Shown here: positions 38,190 through 51,099 of the stretch, in pieces
How positions within the stretch are numbered: position 1 is the first letter of the stretch
Layout: the number at the start of each line of letters is the position of its first letter
From: Chiloscyllium plagiosum
Lineage: Eukaryota
NCBI RefSeq assembly: GCF_004010195.1
Contig: NC_057753.1
Span: 4,748,887 to 4,812,886 of the forward strand
Direction of reading: 5' to 3'
DNA: 64,000 nucleotides
Notes under the pieces: generated by a model
Seen by the model: the letters and a program-made list of their open reading frames with translations, nothing else
Databases searched by the model: none
Told to the model about the DNA's origin: nothing
Program-made: the position numbers and the translations under genes

Positions 38190-39900
38190 TGTCAGGTATA
38201 GACAGGATAGATCGAGTGAATCCTTAGAAGAGTATAAAGAAAGTAGGAGTATACTTAAGAGGGAAATCAGGGGGGCAAAACGGGGACATGGGATAGCGTT
38301 GGCAAATAAAATTAAGGAGAATCCAAAGGGGTTTTTACAAATATATTAAGGACAAAAGGGTAACTGGGGAGAGAATAGGGCCCCCCAAAGATCAGCAAGG
38401 TGGCCTTTGTGTGGAGCCACAGAAAATGGGGAGATACTAAGCGAGTATTTTGCATCAGTATTTACTGTGGAAAAGGATATGGAAGATATAGACTGTAGGG
38501 AAATAGATGGTGACATCTTGCAAAATGTCCAGATTACAGAGGAGAAAGTGCTGGATGTCTTGAAACGGTTAAAGGTGGATAAATCCCTAGGACGTGATCA
38601 GGTGTACCTGAGAACTCTGTGGGAAGCCAGAGAAGTGATTGCTGGCCTCTTGCTGAGATATTTGTATCATCGACAGTCACGTGTGAGGTGCCGGAAGACT
38701 GGAGGTTGGCAAACGTGGTGCCACTGTTTAAGAAGGGCGGTAAAGACAAGCCAGGGAACATCTCGCCTCAGAACTGGAGACCAAAACTGCATGCAGTAGT
38801 CCAGGTATGGTCTCACAAGGCCCTGTACAATTGCAATGAGGCATAGAGTCATACAGCAGGGAAACAGACCCTTCGGTCCAACTAGTCCATGCCATCCGTG
38901 TTCCTAAACTAAACTAGTCCTACTTGCCTGTGTTTGGCCCATATCCTTCCAAACCCTTTATAATCATGTACTTATCCAAATGTCTTTTAAATGTTGTAAC
39001 TGTACCTGCATCTACCACTTCCTCTGGCAGTTCATTCCACACCCCAAAACTTCTGTGTTTTACAAGTTGTCCATATGTCCTTTTTTAAAACTTTCTCCTC
39101 TCACCTAAAAATGTGTCCCTGGTTTTGAACTGCCCCACCATAAGGAAAAGACCCTTGCTGTTCACCTTATATTTGTCCCTCTTGATTTTATGAACTACTG
39201 GAAGGTCAGCCCTCAACCTGCTATACTTCAGTGAAAAGAAGTCCCAGCCTATTTTCATAATCAAAGTCCTCCATTCCAGGCAACATCCTGGTAAATATTT
39301 TCTCGAACCGTCTCCAACTTGTTAATATCCTTCTTATAGTAGGGTGACCAGAACTGCAGATACTATTCCAGAAGAGGCCTCATCTGTACAATCTCAACGT
39401 GTCATTCCCAACTCTTACACTTTTATGTCGTCCCTTTCATAATCCAACTTATCTCAGCCAGCTCAGGCCTCCTACCACCATAGTTGCCTTTATTTAGATT
39501 CAGGACACTAGTCTCAGAATCAACTCTGTCAATCTCTACACTCATGAAGAATTCTACCACATGTTGGCCAGTTCGCCAAGGGGTCTTGCACAGCTAGACT
39601 GCCAATTATTTCTTTCTCATTACACAATGTCCAGTCTCAGATGACCTGTCCATAGTTGGTTCCTCAAGACATTGATGCAGAAAATCATCTCGTACACACT
39701 CCGGGAATTCCCCTTCTATGGCGTTGGGCAAATGAAATCGGTAACAGTCTATGTGGTCAAAAGTCACCTAGAAGTACAGCTGTCCGTTTATTGCTTGCAA
39801 CTTTGATTGCCTGTTTAATCCCTTTCCTGACACGTTTGGGTGCCTACGTGAAACTATTGTTTTCTGTCTGTCCCTTGGTGTCCCATACCGGTCCAACTTC
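38190..39900. mobile_element. CR1 fragments (+ 38190-38760; - 38760-39420 and older pieces)
   Basis: VPEDWRLANVVPLFKKG, ILSEYFASVF. Confidence 0.85.
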
Positions 39901-40179
39901 GCTGGAGCTAATAAACCTCCTCACTATTGTGTCAATGTACTATTTAACCAACAATGCTACCCCACCACCTTAATTTTTCTTTGTCTGCCCTTCCTAAAGA
40001 ACTGATTACCCCTGGATGTTCAGTTCCCATCCTTGGGCACTCTGCAACCATGTTTCCATACTTTATAATACCCGTTTTGTATTTATTTTTTGCCCAAATA
40101 CATCAGACTTGTCAGATGCAGAGCGACTTGGTTTTGTTAACTTGTCTGACACGGGTTAGTTGCTTGTTTATTTGGGCAC

Positions 40180-40420
40180 ATTGTATACCAGCAGGCTTAC
40201 GTTGGAGAGAAGCAGTTCAACTGCTCTGAATTTGGGATGGGGTTCACCCATTCTCCCCCCCCCCCCCCACCCGCTGCCGAGATACCAGATTCCAATTGAT
40301 ATTCATTCACTTGACCAGAAATCTTTCGAATCCTGAGGTTCAGCACGAGATTTTAACCGAAAGGGAAAGCAAGATGAATCGGAGAGTAAAACAAAAGAAA
40401 TTTCAGTTGGAGAGCTATTC
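40180..40420 (+). pseudogene. Zinc-finger remnant and flank, paralogous to 54250-54345 plus 54676-54780
   Basis: GGAGAGAAGCAGTTCAACTGCTCTGAA...CTGCCGAGATACC and TTGACCAGAAAT...GGTTCAGCAC.AGATTTTAACC are shared. Confidence 0.6.
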
Positions 40421-40469
40421 ATGAGTATAGAATTATCATGTGTAATTTTGAATGTACACAGTTTGATCA

Positions 40470-40724
40470 AATTAGGTTACTTACAGTGTGGACACAGGTC
40501 CATTGGCCCAACAAGTCCACACCAACCCTCCGAAGAGCAACCCACCCAGACCCATTTTCCTACACCTAACACTGCGGGCAATTTAGCATGGCCAATTCAC
40601 CTAACCTGCACATTTTTGGAAGAATGTGCAAACTCCACGCAGACAGTCGCCTGAGGCAGGAATTGAACCCAGGTCTCTGGCGCTGTGAGGCATCAGTGCT
40701 AACCACTGTGCCACCGTGCCGCCC
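40470..40724 (-). mobile_element. V-SINE, internally deleted
   Basis: Head and tail motifs present. Confidence 0.85.
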
Positions 40725-41149
40725 TTTGTACTGTAATATTCACATATCCATGTGATCTACTTTAACGCAAATGTTCTGTGCAGTGCATGATAAAGCCTTA
40801 AGGCTTGTCTTTTAACGTTCTTAGTCCCTTTTGGATTATTTTGCACCCTGGTCCTGCTTGATTCTTACACTTGAATTCTCTGCCATTTTGTCTTGTTGTT
40901 TTGCCCTCTGCTTCTATCTCTTCTGTCTCCTTGCGGGTATTCCCATTCCCCCCACACCACTTCATTTAACTTGAACCCTCCCCAATGACATGAGTGAACA
41001 CTCAGCCCAGGACATCAGTTCCGGTCCTGTCCAGGTGGAACCTGTACAGCATCGAGTGGTCCCACTTGCACCAGAGCCGTTGCAATGTCCCAGGAATCCG
41101 AGGGTGAGGCAGGGTTTACTGCTTTTCACCAACTCTCTCCCGTCTTTTG

Positions 41150-43780
41150 AGTTTGCAGATGACACCAAAATTGGAGGTGTAGTGGACAGCGGAGAAGGTT
41201 ACCTCAGATTACAATGGGATCTTGGTCAGATGGGCCAATAGGCTGAGAAGTGGCAGATGGAGTTTAATTCAGATAAATGCGAGGTGCTGCATTTTGGGAA
41301 AGCAAATCTTAGCAGGACTTCTACACTTAATGGTAAGGTCCTAGGGGGTGTTGCTGAACAAAGAGACCTCGGAGTGCAGGTTCATAGCTCCTTGAAAGTA
41401 GAGTCGCAGGTAGATAGGATAGTTAAGAAGGCATTTGGTGTGCTTTCCTTTATTGGTTAGAGTATTGGGTACAGAGCTGGGAGGTCATGTTGCGGCTGTA
41501 CCAGACATTGGTTAGACCATTGTTGGAATATTGCGTGCATTTCTGGTTTCCTTCCTATCGGAAGGATATTGTGGAACCTGAAAGGGTTCAGAGAAGACTT
41601 ACAAGGATGTTGCCAGGGTTGGAGGGTTTGAGCTATAGGGAGAGGCTGAACAGGCTGGGGCTGTTTTCCCTGGAGCATCGGAGGCTGCGGGGGGTGACCT
41701 CAAAGAGGTTTGTAAAACCATGAAAAGCATGGATACGATAAATAGAGGTCTTTTCCTTGGGGGAGCCCAGATACTAGAGGGTATTGGTTTAGGGTGAGAG
41801 GGGAAAGATATAAAAGAGACCTAAGGGGCACCTTTTTTATGCAGAGGGTGGTGCGTGTATGAACTGAGCTGCCAGAGGAAGTGGTGGAGGCTGGTACAGT
41901 GCAGCATTTAAAAGGTGTCTGGATGGGTATATGACTAGGAAGGGATTAGAGGGATATTGGCCAACTGCTGGCAAATGGTTGGGATATCTGATCGGCATGG
42001 ACGAGTTGGACCAAAGGGTCTGTTTCCGTGCTGTACATATCTACTACTCTAAGTATGTAGCAACTGACGTCTTTGAATAAACACCAAAATTGTGAAGACG
42101 TACACCAAGAGCCATCAAAATATAGTCCAGAGTAAAAATTACTGACTATCAACTGAACCTACGGTCATCTGCTTGTTGTTTTTTGAAATGGTAGTTTCAG
42201 CTTTGTGGAATCATCAATCAAGTCTTCTGTGAGGACCTGAGCACAGTCACAACAGAAATTATTGGATGTAGCTCTACAGTCACAGTTACATAGGAGCATA
42301 GAAGATATGAGTAGAAATAGGCCATTTGACCCATCGAGCCTGCCCCATCATTCAATACGATACCGAATTCCATTCCCCCCACCATATCCCTCCCTGCATT
42401 TAACTTGCCCCATCCTGTTAGAAATTTATAGGTTTCTATGACCTACCACTTTCGTTCTTCTAAACTCCAGTGAGTCCAATCCTCACTGATTCAACCTGCC
42501 CATACGTCAGTCCTGCCAACTTAGGAATCAATTTGGTAAACCTTCCCCTCACCCCCAAGACCATCCTTCCTCAGATAAGGAGACCAAAACAGCACTCCAG
42601 GCATGGTCTCACCAATGGCCTGTCTAATTGCAGCCAGACATCCATATTCCTGCACTCGAATCCTCTCATTATGAAGGCCAATGTACAGTCTGTCTCTGCA
42701 GCTTGCTTGGAATGACACCAAGATTAGTGGCATAGTAGACAGTGAAGATGGTTATCTGCAAATACTTATATCATTGATCATCATAGAATCCCTACAGTGT
42801 GGAAACAGGCCCTTCGGCCCAACAAGTCCTCACCAACCCCCCCTGCAGAGTAACCCACCCAGACCCATTCCTCTACTCTACTATCCTATATTTACCCCTG
42901 ACTGTGAGGCAGCAGTGCTAACCACTGAGCCACCATGCCACTCCATATTTTGATTTGCAAGATTCTGATTAAGTGGCCCAGTGGGCTGAGGAATGGCGCG
43001 TGGACTTTCGATAAATGTGTGGTGTTGCATTTTTGTAAGGCAAACCAGGGCAGGACTTACCTAGTCAATGGTAGGGTCCTGGGGAGTGTTGTAGAACAGA
43101 GATCGAGAGGTACAGGTTCATAGCTCCTTGAAAGTGGAGTCACAGCTAGACAAGGCAGTGAAGAAGGCTTTTGGAATGCTTGCTTTCCTTGGCCAGAGAA
43201 CTGAGTATAGGAAGTGGGACATCTTGTTGCAGCTGTACAATATGTTGGAGAGGCCATATTTGTAGTACTGTGTGCAGTTCTGGTCGCCCTCCTATAGAAA
43301 GGGTATTATTAAACTAGAAAGAGTGCAGGAAAGTTTTACTCGGATGTAACCTGGACTGGAAGGTTTGGGTTATCAGGACAGGTTGGGTAGGCTAGGACCT
43401 TTTTCTCTGGAGCGTAGGAGACTGAGGGGTGACCTTACAGAGGTCTATAAAATCACGAGAGGCATACATAAGGTACATAGCCAGCAGCTTTTCCCCAGGT
43501 TAGGGGAGTCTAAAACTAGCGGGCATAGGTTTAAGGAGAGGGGGGCGGGGGGAGATATAAAAGGGTCCGGAACGGCAACTGTTTCACACAGAGGGTGGTG
43601 AGTGTCTAGACCAGGCTGCCAGAGGCAGTGATGGAGGTAAGTATAATTTTGTCATTTAAGAAACCTTTGGATGGGCACGTGGATGGTACAGGCATGGAGG
43701 GATATGGACCAAATGCAGGCAAATGGAAATTAGATTAAATATGGAAACTGGGTGGCATGGACAAGTTTGGGCTGTGGACT
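41150..43780. mobile_element. CR1 3' fragments (+ 41150-42050; - 42290-42690; + 42710-43780 with a SINE at 42780-42940)
   Basis: FADDTKIGG, EYCVHFW, RGDL.EVYK. Confidence 0.88.
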
Positions 43781-44000
43781 CGTTGACTACTGGCAGCAAT
43801 TGCCACGCACAGAGACCCAGGTCGCATTGAACATGCCCCTGTCTCAAACTGGAGCCATTCAATTAAGAATCTGCAAAGAATGTGGTTGTTTTAAAGACAA
43901 GAATGTTGCAGCAGTCCCTGATCATATACAATATTCATAGTTTTTATTAAGATAATTGCCTTGGCTCTTCAGCCCAGCTGAGAAAACGGTACACGCAGTC

Positions 44001-46160
44001 AGTGGTTAGCACTGCTGCCTCACGGTGACAGGGACCCGGGTTCAATTCCCACCTCGGGCGACTGTCTGTGTTGAGTTTGCACATTCTCCCCGTGTCTGCG
44101 TGGGTTTACTCCGGGTGGCCCGGTTTCCTCCCACAGTCCAAAAATGTGCAGGTTAGGTGAATTGGCCATGCTAAATTGCCCATAGTGTTAGGTGGATTAG
44201 ACAGGGGTAAATGTAGGGGAATGGGTCTGGGTGGGTTACTCTTCGGAGGGTTGGTGTGGACTTGTTGGTCTGAAGGGCTTGTTTCCACACTGTAGGGAAT
44301 CTAATCCAATCACCAAGGTCCTTGACTTGGCCTTCATATTCCCATAGCAACGAGGTGCCTGATTAAACAGGTTCAAACAAACTGTCCTTACAATCCTCAC
44401 AACCATAACAGATAACTGTTAAGACTACAACGCAAACTAACCATAAATGGTAGGATCAGTTGGGGATTGTTCTTAACTGATTTAACCGGGACAGCAAGAT
44501 AAGAACATGAGGGAAGAAGAGGCTGAATGGGCTGGGGCTGTTTTCCCTGGAGCGTCGGAGGCTGAGCATGGCAACAGACCCTTTGGTCCAACCCGTCCGT
44601 GCCAACCAGATATCCCAACCCAATCTAGTCCCATCTGCCAGACTCGGCCCCTATCCCTCCAAACCCTTCCTATTCAACCGTGGGCGGCACGGAGGCACAG
44701 TGGTTAGCACTGCTGCCTCACAGCTCCAGAGACCTGGGTTCAATTCCCGCCTCAGGTGACTGACTGTGTGGAGTTTGCACGTTCTCCCCGTGTCTGCGTG
44801 GGTTTCCTCCGGGTCCTCCGGTTTCCTCCCACAGTCCAAAGATGTGCAGGTCAGGTGAATTGGCCACGCTAAATTGCCTGTAGTGTTAGGTAAAGGTTTT
44901 ATATCTTTCCCCCCTCACCCTAAACCTATGCCCCCTAGTTCTGGACTCCCCAACCCCAGGGAAAAGACTTTGTCTATTTAACCTATCCATGCCCCTCATG
45001 ATCTTATAAACCTCTATAAGGTCACCCCTCAGCCTCTGACGCTCCAGGGAAAACAGCCCCAGCCTATTCTGCGTTTTCCTATAGCACAAATCCTCCAACC
45101 CTGGCAACATCCTTGTAAATCTTTCTGAACCCTTTCATGTTTCACAACATCCGATAGGAAGGAGACCTGAATTGCACGCAATATTCCAACAGTGGCCTAA
45201 CCAATGTCCTGTACAGCTGCAACATGACCTCCCAACCCCTGTACTCAATACTCTGACCAATAAAGGAAAGCATACAAAACGCCTTTTCCACCATCCTATC
45301 CGTCACAGAGATAAAAAGAGAAACATCACAAAGATTAGAAAACTGAACAAGAAAATGGGAAACTCCACAGCAGGTCACTCACAGTGAGAATCTGAGAAAT
45401 AAATGAATCGAATTGGGCAAACGTACAGTGAAAGGTTTACAAGTCGCCACTTTCAGTGTTATCTCAGGTACAAAGGTACTTAGGTAAAGATTAACAAAGT
45501 TAAAATGTTAAAATATTACAGTCCTTCCTAAAAAGTAGAAACACAAAGAAAAAGAACAACAATACATTCCATAAGGGCCTGGCCATGCTGGGCTCACAAT
45601 CATCATAAGGGGCTCAATATCCCCCTTCAGACAATAGATGGCCCGATGGCTCAGTGGTTAGCACTGCTGCCTCACGACACCAGGGACCCGGGTTTGATTC
45701 CAGCCTCGGGTGACTGTCTGTGTGGAGTTCGCACGTTCTCCCCGTGTCTGTGTGGGTTTCCTCCGGTTACCTCCCACAATCCAAAAACGTGCAGATCAGG
45801 TGAATTGGCCATGTTAAATTGCCTGTAGAGACTTGGCTTCACTGCCTTCTGGGGCAGATCATTCCCTATATCCACCACTCTCTGGGTGAAGACGTTCCTC
45901 CTCAACTCTGTTCTAAATGGCCTACCCCTTATTTCCAAACCGTGTCCTCTGGTTCTGGACTCACCGATCAGCGGAAACATGCTTCCTGTCTCCAGAGTTT
46001 CCAATCCTTTAATAATTTTATACGTCTTAATCAGATCCCCTCTCATCTTTCTAAACTCAAGTGTATACAAGCCCAGTCACTCCAATCTTTCAACGTATGA
46101 TAGTCTCGCCATTCCGGGAATTGACCTCGTGAACCTATGCTGCACTCCCTCAATAGCTGG
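44001..46160. mobile_element. V-SINEs (+ 44001-44305, 44681-44888, 45640-45825) interleaved with antisense CR1 fragments
   Basis: SINE heads and CR1 tail translations. Confidence 0.85.
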
Positions 46161-46809
46161 CTTGACCTCAGCCCTACTGCAGCGCCAGGCTGCCCCCTCC
46201 TGCTCTCCCCGCTCCCTCTCACTCCCCACCGCCCCCCCAACTCCCTCCTCACCGTGATTAGCCACAATTGGTTAACCCCGCTCTTGGAATCTTTCCTTTG
46301 CTCAAATGGATCCACATCGCCCAAGCCCAAATCGCCTCTCACAACTGACCTCATTGCATCTCTTATTAACAGTGATACCCCACCGCCTTTTCAATCCCTC
46401 CTATCTGCCCAAAAGATTGAATGCTACGTTCCAGTTTTGATCTCCTTGTTCCATAATGCCTACGAGACCATGTTCATTGACCTCGATTTGTGCCATCAGC
46501 AATGTGTGTACAAAAAGTTTAAAACTGATGAAATCAGTAAAAGCGAAACCCGGAGACAGAAAAAAAACTCTTTGCAAAAGATTGCTGGTGTATTTGACTG
46601 ACGGAATGTGTGATGTTACAACATGAAACATGCGAACAATTCTCAACTATATTATATTCTTGACAGCTCACATGAAGACTAAAGATATCAATTAGAAACA
46701 ATATGGTGTTATGTGAGAGGACGGACAATATCTCAAGGACCGTGAGCTGTGTTTGTCAATGTTTGCGTAATTCCGGTCTGATGGTGTGATCATGGCTTCC
46801 TGTTTCAGA

Positions 46810-48155
46810 ACATGATTTGGAGGAGCCGGTGTTGCACTGGGGTGTACAAAGTTAAAAATCACACAACATCAGTAGTCTAACAGGTTTATTTGGAAGCACT
46901 AGCTTTCAGAGTGCTGCTCCTTCATCAGGTGGTTGTGGAGTTTAAGATCATAAGACATAGAATTTATAGCAATAGTTTACAGTGTGATGCAACTGAAATT
47001 ATTTATTGAAAAAGACCTGGATTGTTAGGTCTCTCACCTTTTAGAATGACCATGTTGGTTTCAGTTCTTTCATATGTAAAGCCCGGAACGTTTTTTTTTA
47101 AAGTTACATTCTCATGTGAACTTTAACAACAGGTGTCATGCTCAATTGAACTAGAAAAATGTTTCAGAAGACCAGGTTATTGTCCAACAAGTTTATTTAT
47201 ATGCACTAGCTTTTGGAGCACTGCTCCTTTATCAGGTGGTTGTGGAGTATGATGAAGGAGCCTGATGAAGGAGCAGTGTTTCGAAAGCTAGTGCTTCCAA
47301 ATAAACCTGTTGGACTATAACCTGGTGCTGTGTGATTTTTAACTTTGTCCACCCCAGTGCAACACCGACATGTTTTAGAACATTGTGTGCTGGGCTGGGC
47401 TAGTAAATTGCACTGTCAGCGCCACCTGGTGTGAAGCTTAGGATCACTCTCTGCATCCTCTCACACACCACTCTACACTCATGCACACACATATACACTC
47501 TGTCTCACAGACACTCACAACCCACCATCCCAGACACACACACTCCTACAGATACACACACACTCACACCTGCACCCCCTCACAAACTTAGACAATCTAC
47601 ACTCACATACACACACATATACACTCTCCCACACTCACAACCCCTCACCCCAGACAGACACATAAACAAAGACCCACATGCACACTTTTACATATACGTT
47701 TGTGGAGTGAATTTGTACTTGCAGAGTTACATTGTACTTTGCTCAAAAACTGCATGAATTCATTACGATTCTGTTATCTCACTTTTTAGATTAGAATCAG
47801 ACTAAACATTATGGCACAGACAGAGAACACAGGGGGCTAACACCTTCAACTTATTGTCTGGCTAATACCAATTGTTACACTTAAACTGAGAATGTAACTT
47901 TTTAAAAAAAGTTTTGTGATTTACACATGAATGAAGTGAAACTAACATGGTATTTGAACAGATGAAAGACTCAACAAACAATCAAGATATTTTTCAATGT
48001 ATAATTTCAGTTACATCACACTGTAAACTTTCGCTATAAATTCTGTGCCTTACAATTGTGTGCTCCACAACCACCTGATCAAGGAGCGGCGCTCCGAAAG
48101 CTAGTGCTTCCAATTAAACCTGTTGGACTATAGCCTGGTGTTGTGTGATTTTTAT
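46810..48155. mobile_element. PLE family B compound insertion with four hammerhead motifs and a CA-rich tract
   Basis: Motifs at 46897-46931 (-, intact core), 47206-47240 (-, degenerate), 47262-47290 (+) and 48072-48106 (+, G8 to C); 46810-47150 and 47860-48155 are inverted copies. Confidence 0.8.
46897..46931 (-). ncRNA. Minimal hammerhead ribozyme motif (family B)
   Basis: CAC-CUGAUGA-A-GGAG cagca CUCU-GAAAGCUA^GUG; helix I CAC/GUG, palindromic AGCU. Confidence 0.75.
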
Positions 48156-48312
48156 CTCTACAATGCAGTTATTTTGCAACTTTCAAAGGGAAGAGAAGAC
48201 AGTCGAGGAGGTGCAGAATTCACCAAGCCATGTTTCACCCCAGCCTTACTTCCACTAAGCTCAGCTTATCAGGGCTGCCTTCAGTTTCAAATGCAACTGC
48301 CACCACTCTTCC

Positions 48313-49344
48313 CTAAACAACGTGAACTCGCTGGTGTGTCAGCAGGGTGGATGAACGAGTGAATTCCTTCCCGCACTCTGAGCAGGTGAACGGTGTCTCC
48401 CTGGTGTGAGCTCGGCGGTGTCTCAGCAGGTTGAACGACCGAGTGAAGCTACTCCCACACTCACGGCAGGTGAATGGTCTCTCTCCGGTGTGAACTCGCT
48501 GGTGTTCTGTGAGCTGAGATGACCGCCCGAACCCAGTCCCACAGTGAGAGCACATGAATGGTCTCTCGCCAGTGTGAGTCCTTTGATGGGACGTAAGTTC
48601 CCCAGCACTTTTATAGCTTTTCCCACAGCCTGTACACTTAAAAGGTCTCCTGTCAGTGTGAACCCGGTGGTGTTTCAGTAAGTCAGACGATTGAGTGAAT
48701 CTTCTCCCACACATGGAGCAAGAGAACGGTCTTTCCCCAGTGTGAACTCGCTGGTGTACAGTTAATTGAGATGAGTGCCTGAATCTAGCCCCACATTGAA
48801 TGCATCTGAATGGTCTCTCATTAGTGTGAACACGCTGATGAGACATCAGTTCCCCAGAACTTTTAAAGCACTTCTCACAGTCTGGACATTTAAAAGGTCT
48901 CTCCTTAGTGTGAACCCGCTGGTGTATCAGCAGATGGGATGACGTACTGAATCCTTTCCCACACTTGGAGCAGGTGAATGGTCTCTCCCCAGTGTGAACT
49001 CTCTGGTGTATCAGCAGGGTGTGAAAGTGAGCAAAATCCTTCCCACACTCAGAGCAGGTGAACAGCTTTTCTGCAGTGTGACTGCGCCGGTGAATTTCCA
49101 GTTCGGATGGATAATTGAATCCCTTCCCACAGTCCCTACATTTCCATGGTTTCTCCCCAGTGTGACTGTGCTGATGTGTTTCCAACTGGGATGGGTAAGT
49201 GAATCGCTTCCCACAGTCCGCACATTTGCAGGGCTTTTCCCCGTAGTGAATGCATTTGTGTCTCGACAAGCCAGATGATCGCTTGAAACCTCGCCCACAC
49301 ATAGAACATCTGTACGGTTTTTCTCCGCTGCCTTTATCTTCCAT
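48313..49344 (-). CDS. ZNF-5: C2H2 zinc-finger protein, 12 fingers
   Basis: 343-aa ORF, ATG in CTGAACATGG context; acceptor ATTTCACAG before 49557. Confidence 0.94.
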   Translation of the reverse strand: MEDKGSGEKPYRCSMCGRGFKRSSGLSRHKCIHYGEKPCKCADCGKRFTYPSQLETHQHSHTGEKPWKCRDCGKGFNYPSELEIHRRSHTAEKLFTCSECGKDFAHFHTLLIHQRVHTGERPFTCSKCGKGFSTSSHLLIHQRVHTKERPFKCPDCEKCFKSSGELMSHQRVHTNERPFRCIQCGARFRHSSQLTVHQRVHTGERPFSCSMCGRRFTQSSDLLKHHRVHTDRRPFKCTGCGKSYKSAGELTSHQRTHTGERPFMCSHCGTGFGRSSQLTEHQRVHTGERPFTCRECGSSFTRSFNLLRHRRAHTRETPFTCSECGKEFTRSSTLLTHQRVHVV

Positions 49345-49395
49345 GTTCAGAACCCAATGATACTCAAGTTACAGTAAATTGGGTAATTCTGGCAG

Positions 49396-49489
49396 AGCTG
49401 AAAATGTGTTGCTGGAAAAGCGCAGCAGGTCAGGCAGCATCCAAGGAACAGGAGAATCGACATTTCGGGCATAAGCCCTTCTTCAGGAA
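49396..49489 (-). mobile_element. 94-bp PLE family A insert with a hammerhead in the predicted ZNF-5 5' UTR
   Basis: TSD AATTCTGGCAG at 49385-49395 and 49490-49500; CUGAAGA-A-GGGCUUAUGCCC-GAAAUGUC on the mRNA strand. Confidence 0.88.
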
Positions 49490-49799
49490 AATTCTGGCAG
49501 ATCCTGCTGTGACGTTCGCTTTGAGCTTCTCAACTAGAATTCTTCTGTGTTGAATATCTGTGAAATGATTTAAAACAGTGAGAGAGGGTGCACAGAAACA
49601 CAACGGCAGAAACAAAAACAGAGAATGCTGGTGAGGCTTAGCAGGTCTTGCAGCATCTGTAAAGATGTTTCTGCATCTTTCTCCAGACGCTTTCAGATCT
49701 GCAGGGTTACTCCAGCATTTTGTGTCTTTGTTCCAGACTTCCAACACCTGCAATTCTTTCTTTTATTAATGCACGAAGGTCGTCGTACCCTAATGCCAA

Positions 49800-50820
49800 T
49801 GGATGAGATTTGGATGTGAAGGACTGATGCAGCTTGATGGACAAAGTTGTGTCCACTCTGAACAATGGCCAGCAAGCTCCGCCCACTCATTCCAAACATT
49901 GCCCCCTACAAAAATGGCGATTGCACTGCCGCCCCTATCCTTAATGCCCGTATCAAAGATGGCGATCGTCCCGCTCTCAATGGAGGGATCCTGTTTGGTG
50001 CAAACGGCGTGGGAAGAATCAGGAGATGCTTATTCGGGTTCGAGGTGTTTCCGAATTCAGTCCACTCACCCACTGCCCCGTCCAACGCAGAGGCCGATCA
50101 ACCCAATTTCTCACCGATGGTAAATCCGACAGACCCAACATTTTATTCCCCTTTTTGTTACAGATCATTGGCAGTCCAGGGGAAGCGAGAGTGACCACGC
50201 ATGCGTCGACTGTGGCACCGGATCGGGGAGCCACTGGTCAGGGACAGGTCCTCCAGCCAATCGGGGTGAGCCTGGGGCAGGCCCTCCATCCAATCGAAAT
50301 GGATCTAGTACAGGTCCGCCAAGCAATCGGCGTGGTTCTGGGGAAGGTTCTCCCGCCAATCGGCGTGGACCACGGGCAGGTCCTCCAACCAATCGGGGGG
50401 GGGCACGTCCGCCAATAATCGGATTGGGTCTGAGGTAGGTCCTCTAGCCAATCAGGAGCGGGTCCCCCAACCAATCGGCGTGGGTCAGCTGTGCGCGGCA
50501 CGTGACCGTCCGCACTCAGCGCGCAGCCGCGGTGCCGACGCAACGGAAGCCTGGTTCCAGAGCGAGAGTCGAGGGAGGTGGGAAAGTCGGAGAAACATCG
50601 CAGACCGTGTGGGCAGTGAAGTCAGTGTGGGCCTGGAGGATTGATAAGCACGTGGTGAATGTCGCTAGACCCGAGTTAGAAGCTCCCGGTTGCAGGAACG
50701 GGCAGGGGACGTGTTTCCATCGCCATTTTTCTCGGGGGCAACGGTCCGGGAGAGGCTCGTGCGGCCGCCATCTTTGTAGGGGGCAAGGTGTAGAAGGGCG
50801 CATCCGCAGGGCTTCCTTTG
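49800..50820. promoter_or_regulatory. CpG island, bidirectional promoter of ZNF-5/ZNF-6 with a CCAAT array
   Basis: CCAAT at 50257, 50290, (GCAAT 50323), 50356, 50389, 50412, 50448 and 50471; outward-facing YY1 elements at 49800-49965 (-) and 50720-50790 (+). Confidence 0.85.
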
Positions 50821-50959
50821 TCAAGTACCTGGTGTTGTGTGATTTTTAACTTAGAAGGGGAAGATTTGCACACAGCAATCTGAAACCAAGTTCGTGCCTT
50901 CTGGGTTTCTAACTTGGATTGACATTGAATGTTTTCACCTGTTGTAATCTCCTTTCCAG

Positions 50960-51099
50960 AGGGTATGAAATGAGAAGGATTAGCAGACAGGAAACCCAAA
51001 ACAACCAACACGTCTCAGGATCTGATTCGATTTATCAGGATCTGGCTACCTGCCAGACTTTGACAGTATGAAAAGAAAAAGCTTCGGGAAAGACTTCAG
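50960..51099 (+). other. Predicted 5' UTR exon of ZNF-6
   Basis: CCTTTCCAG| acceptor, AGACTTCAG|GTATGG donor; paralog of 5547-5690. Confidence 0.6.
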
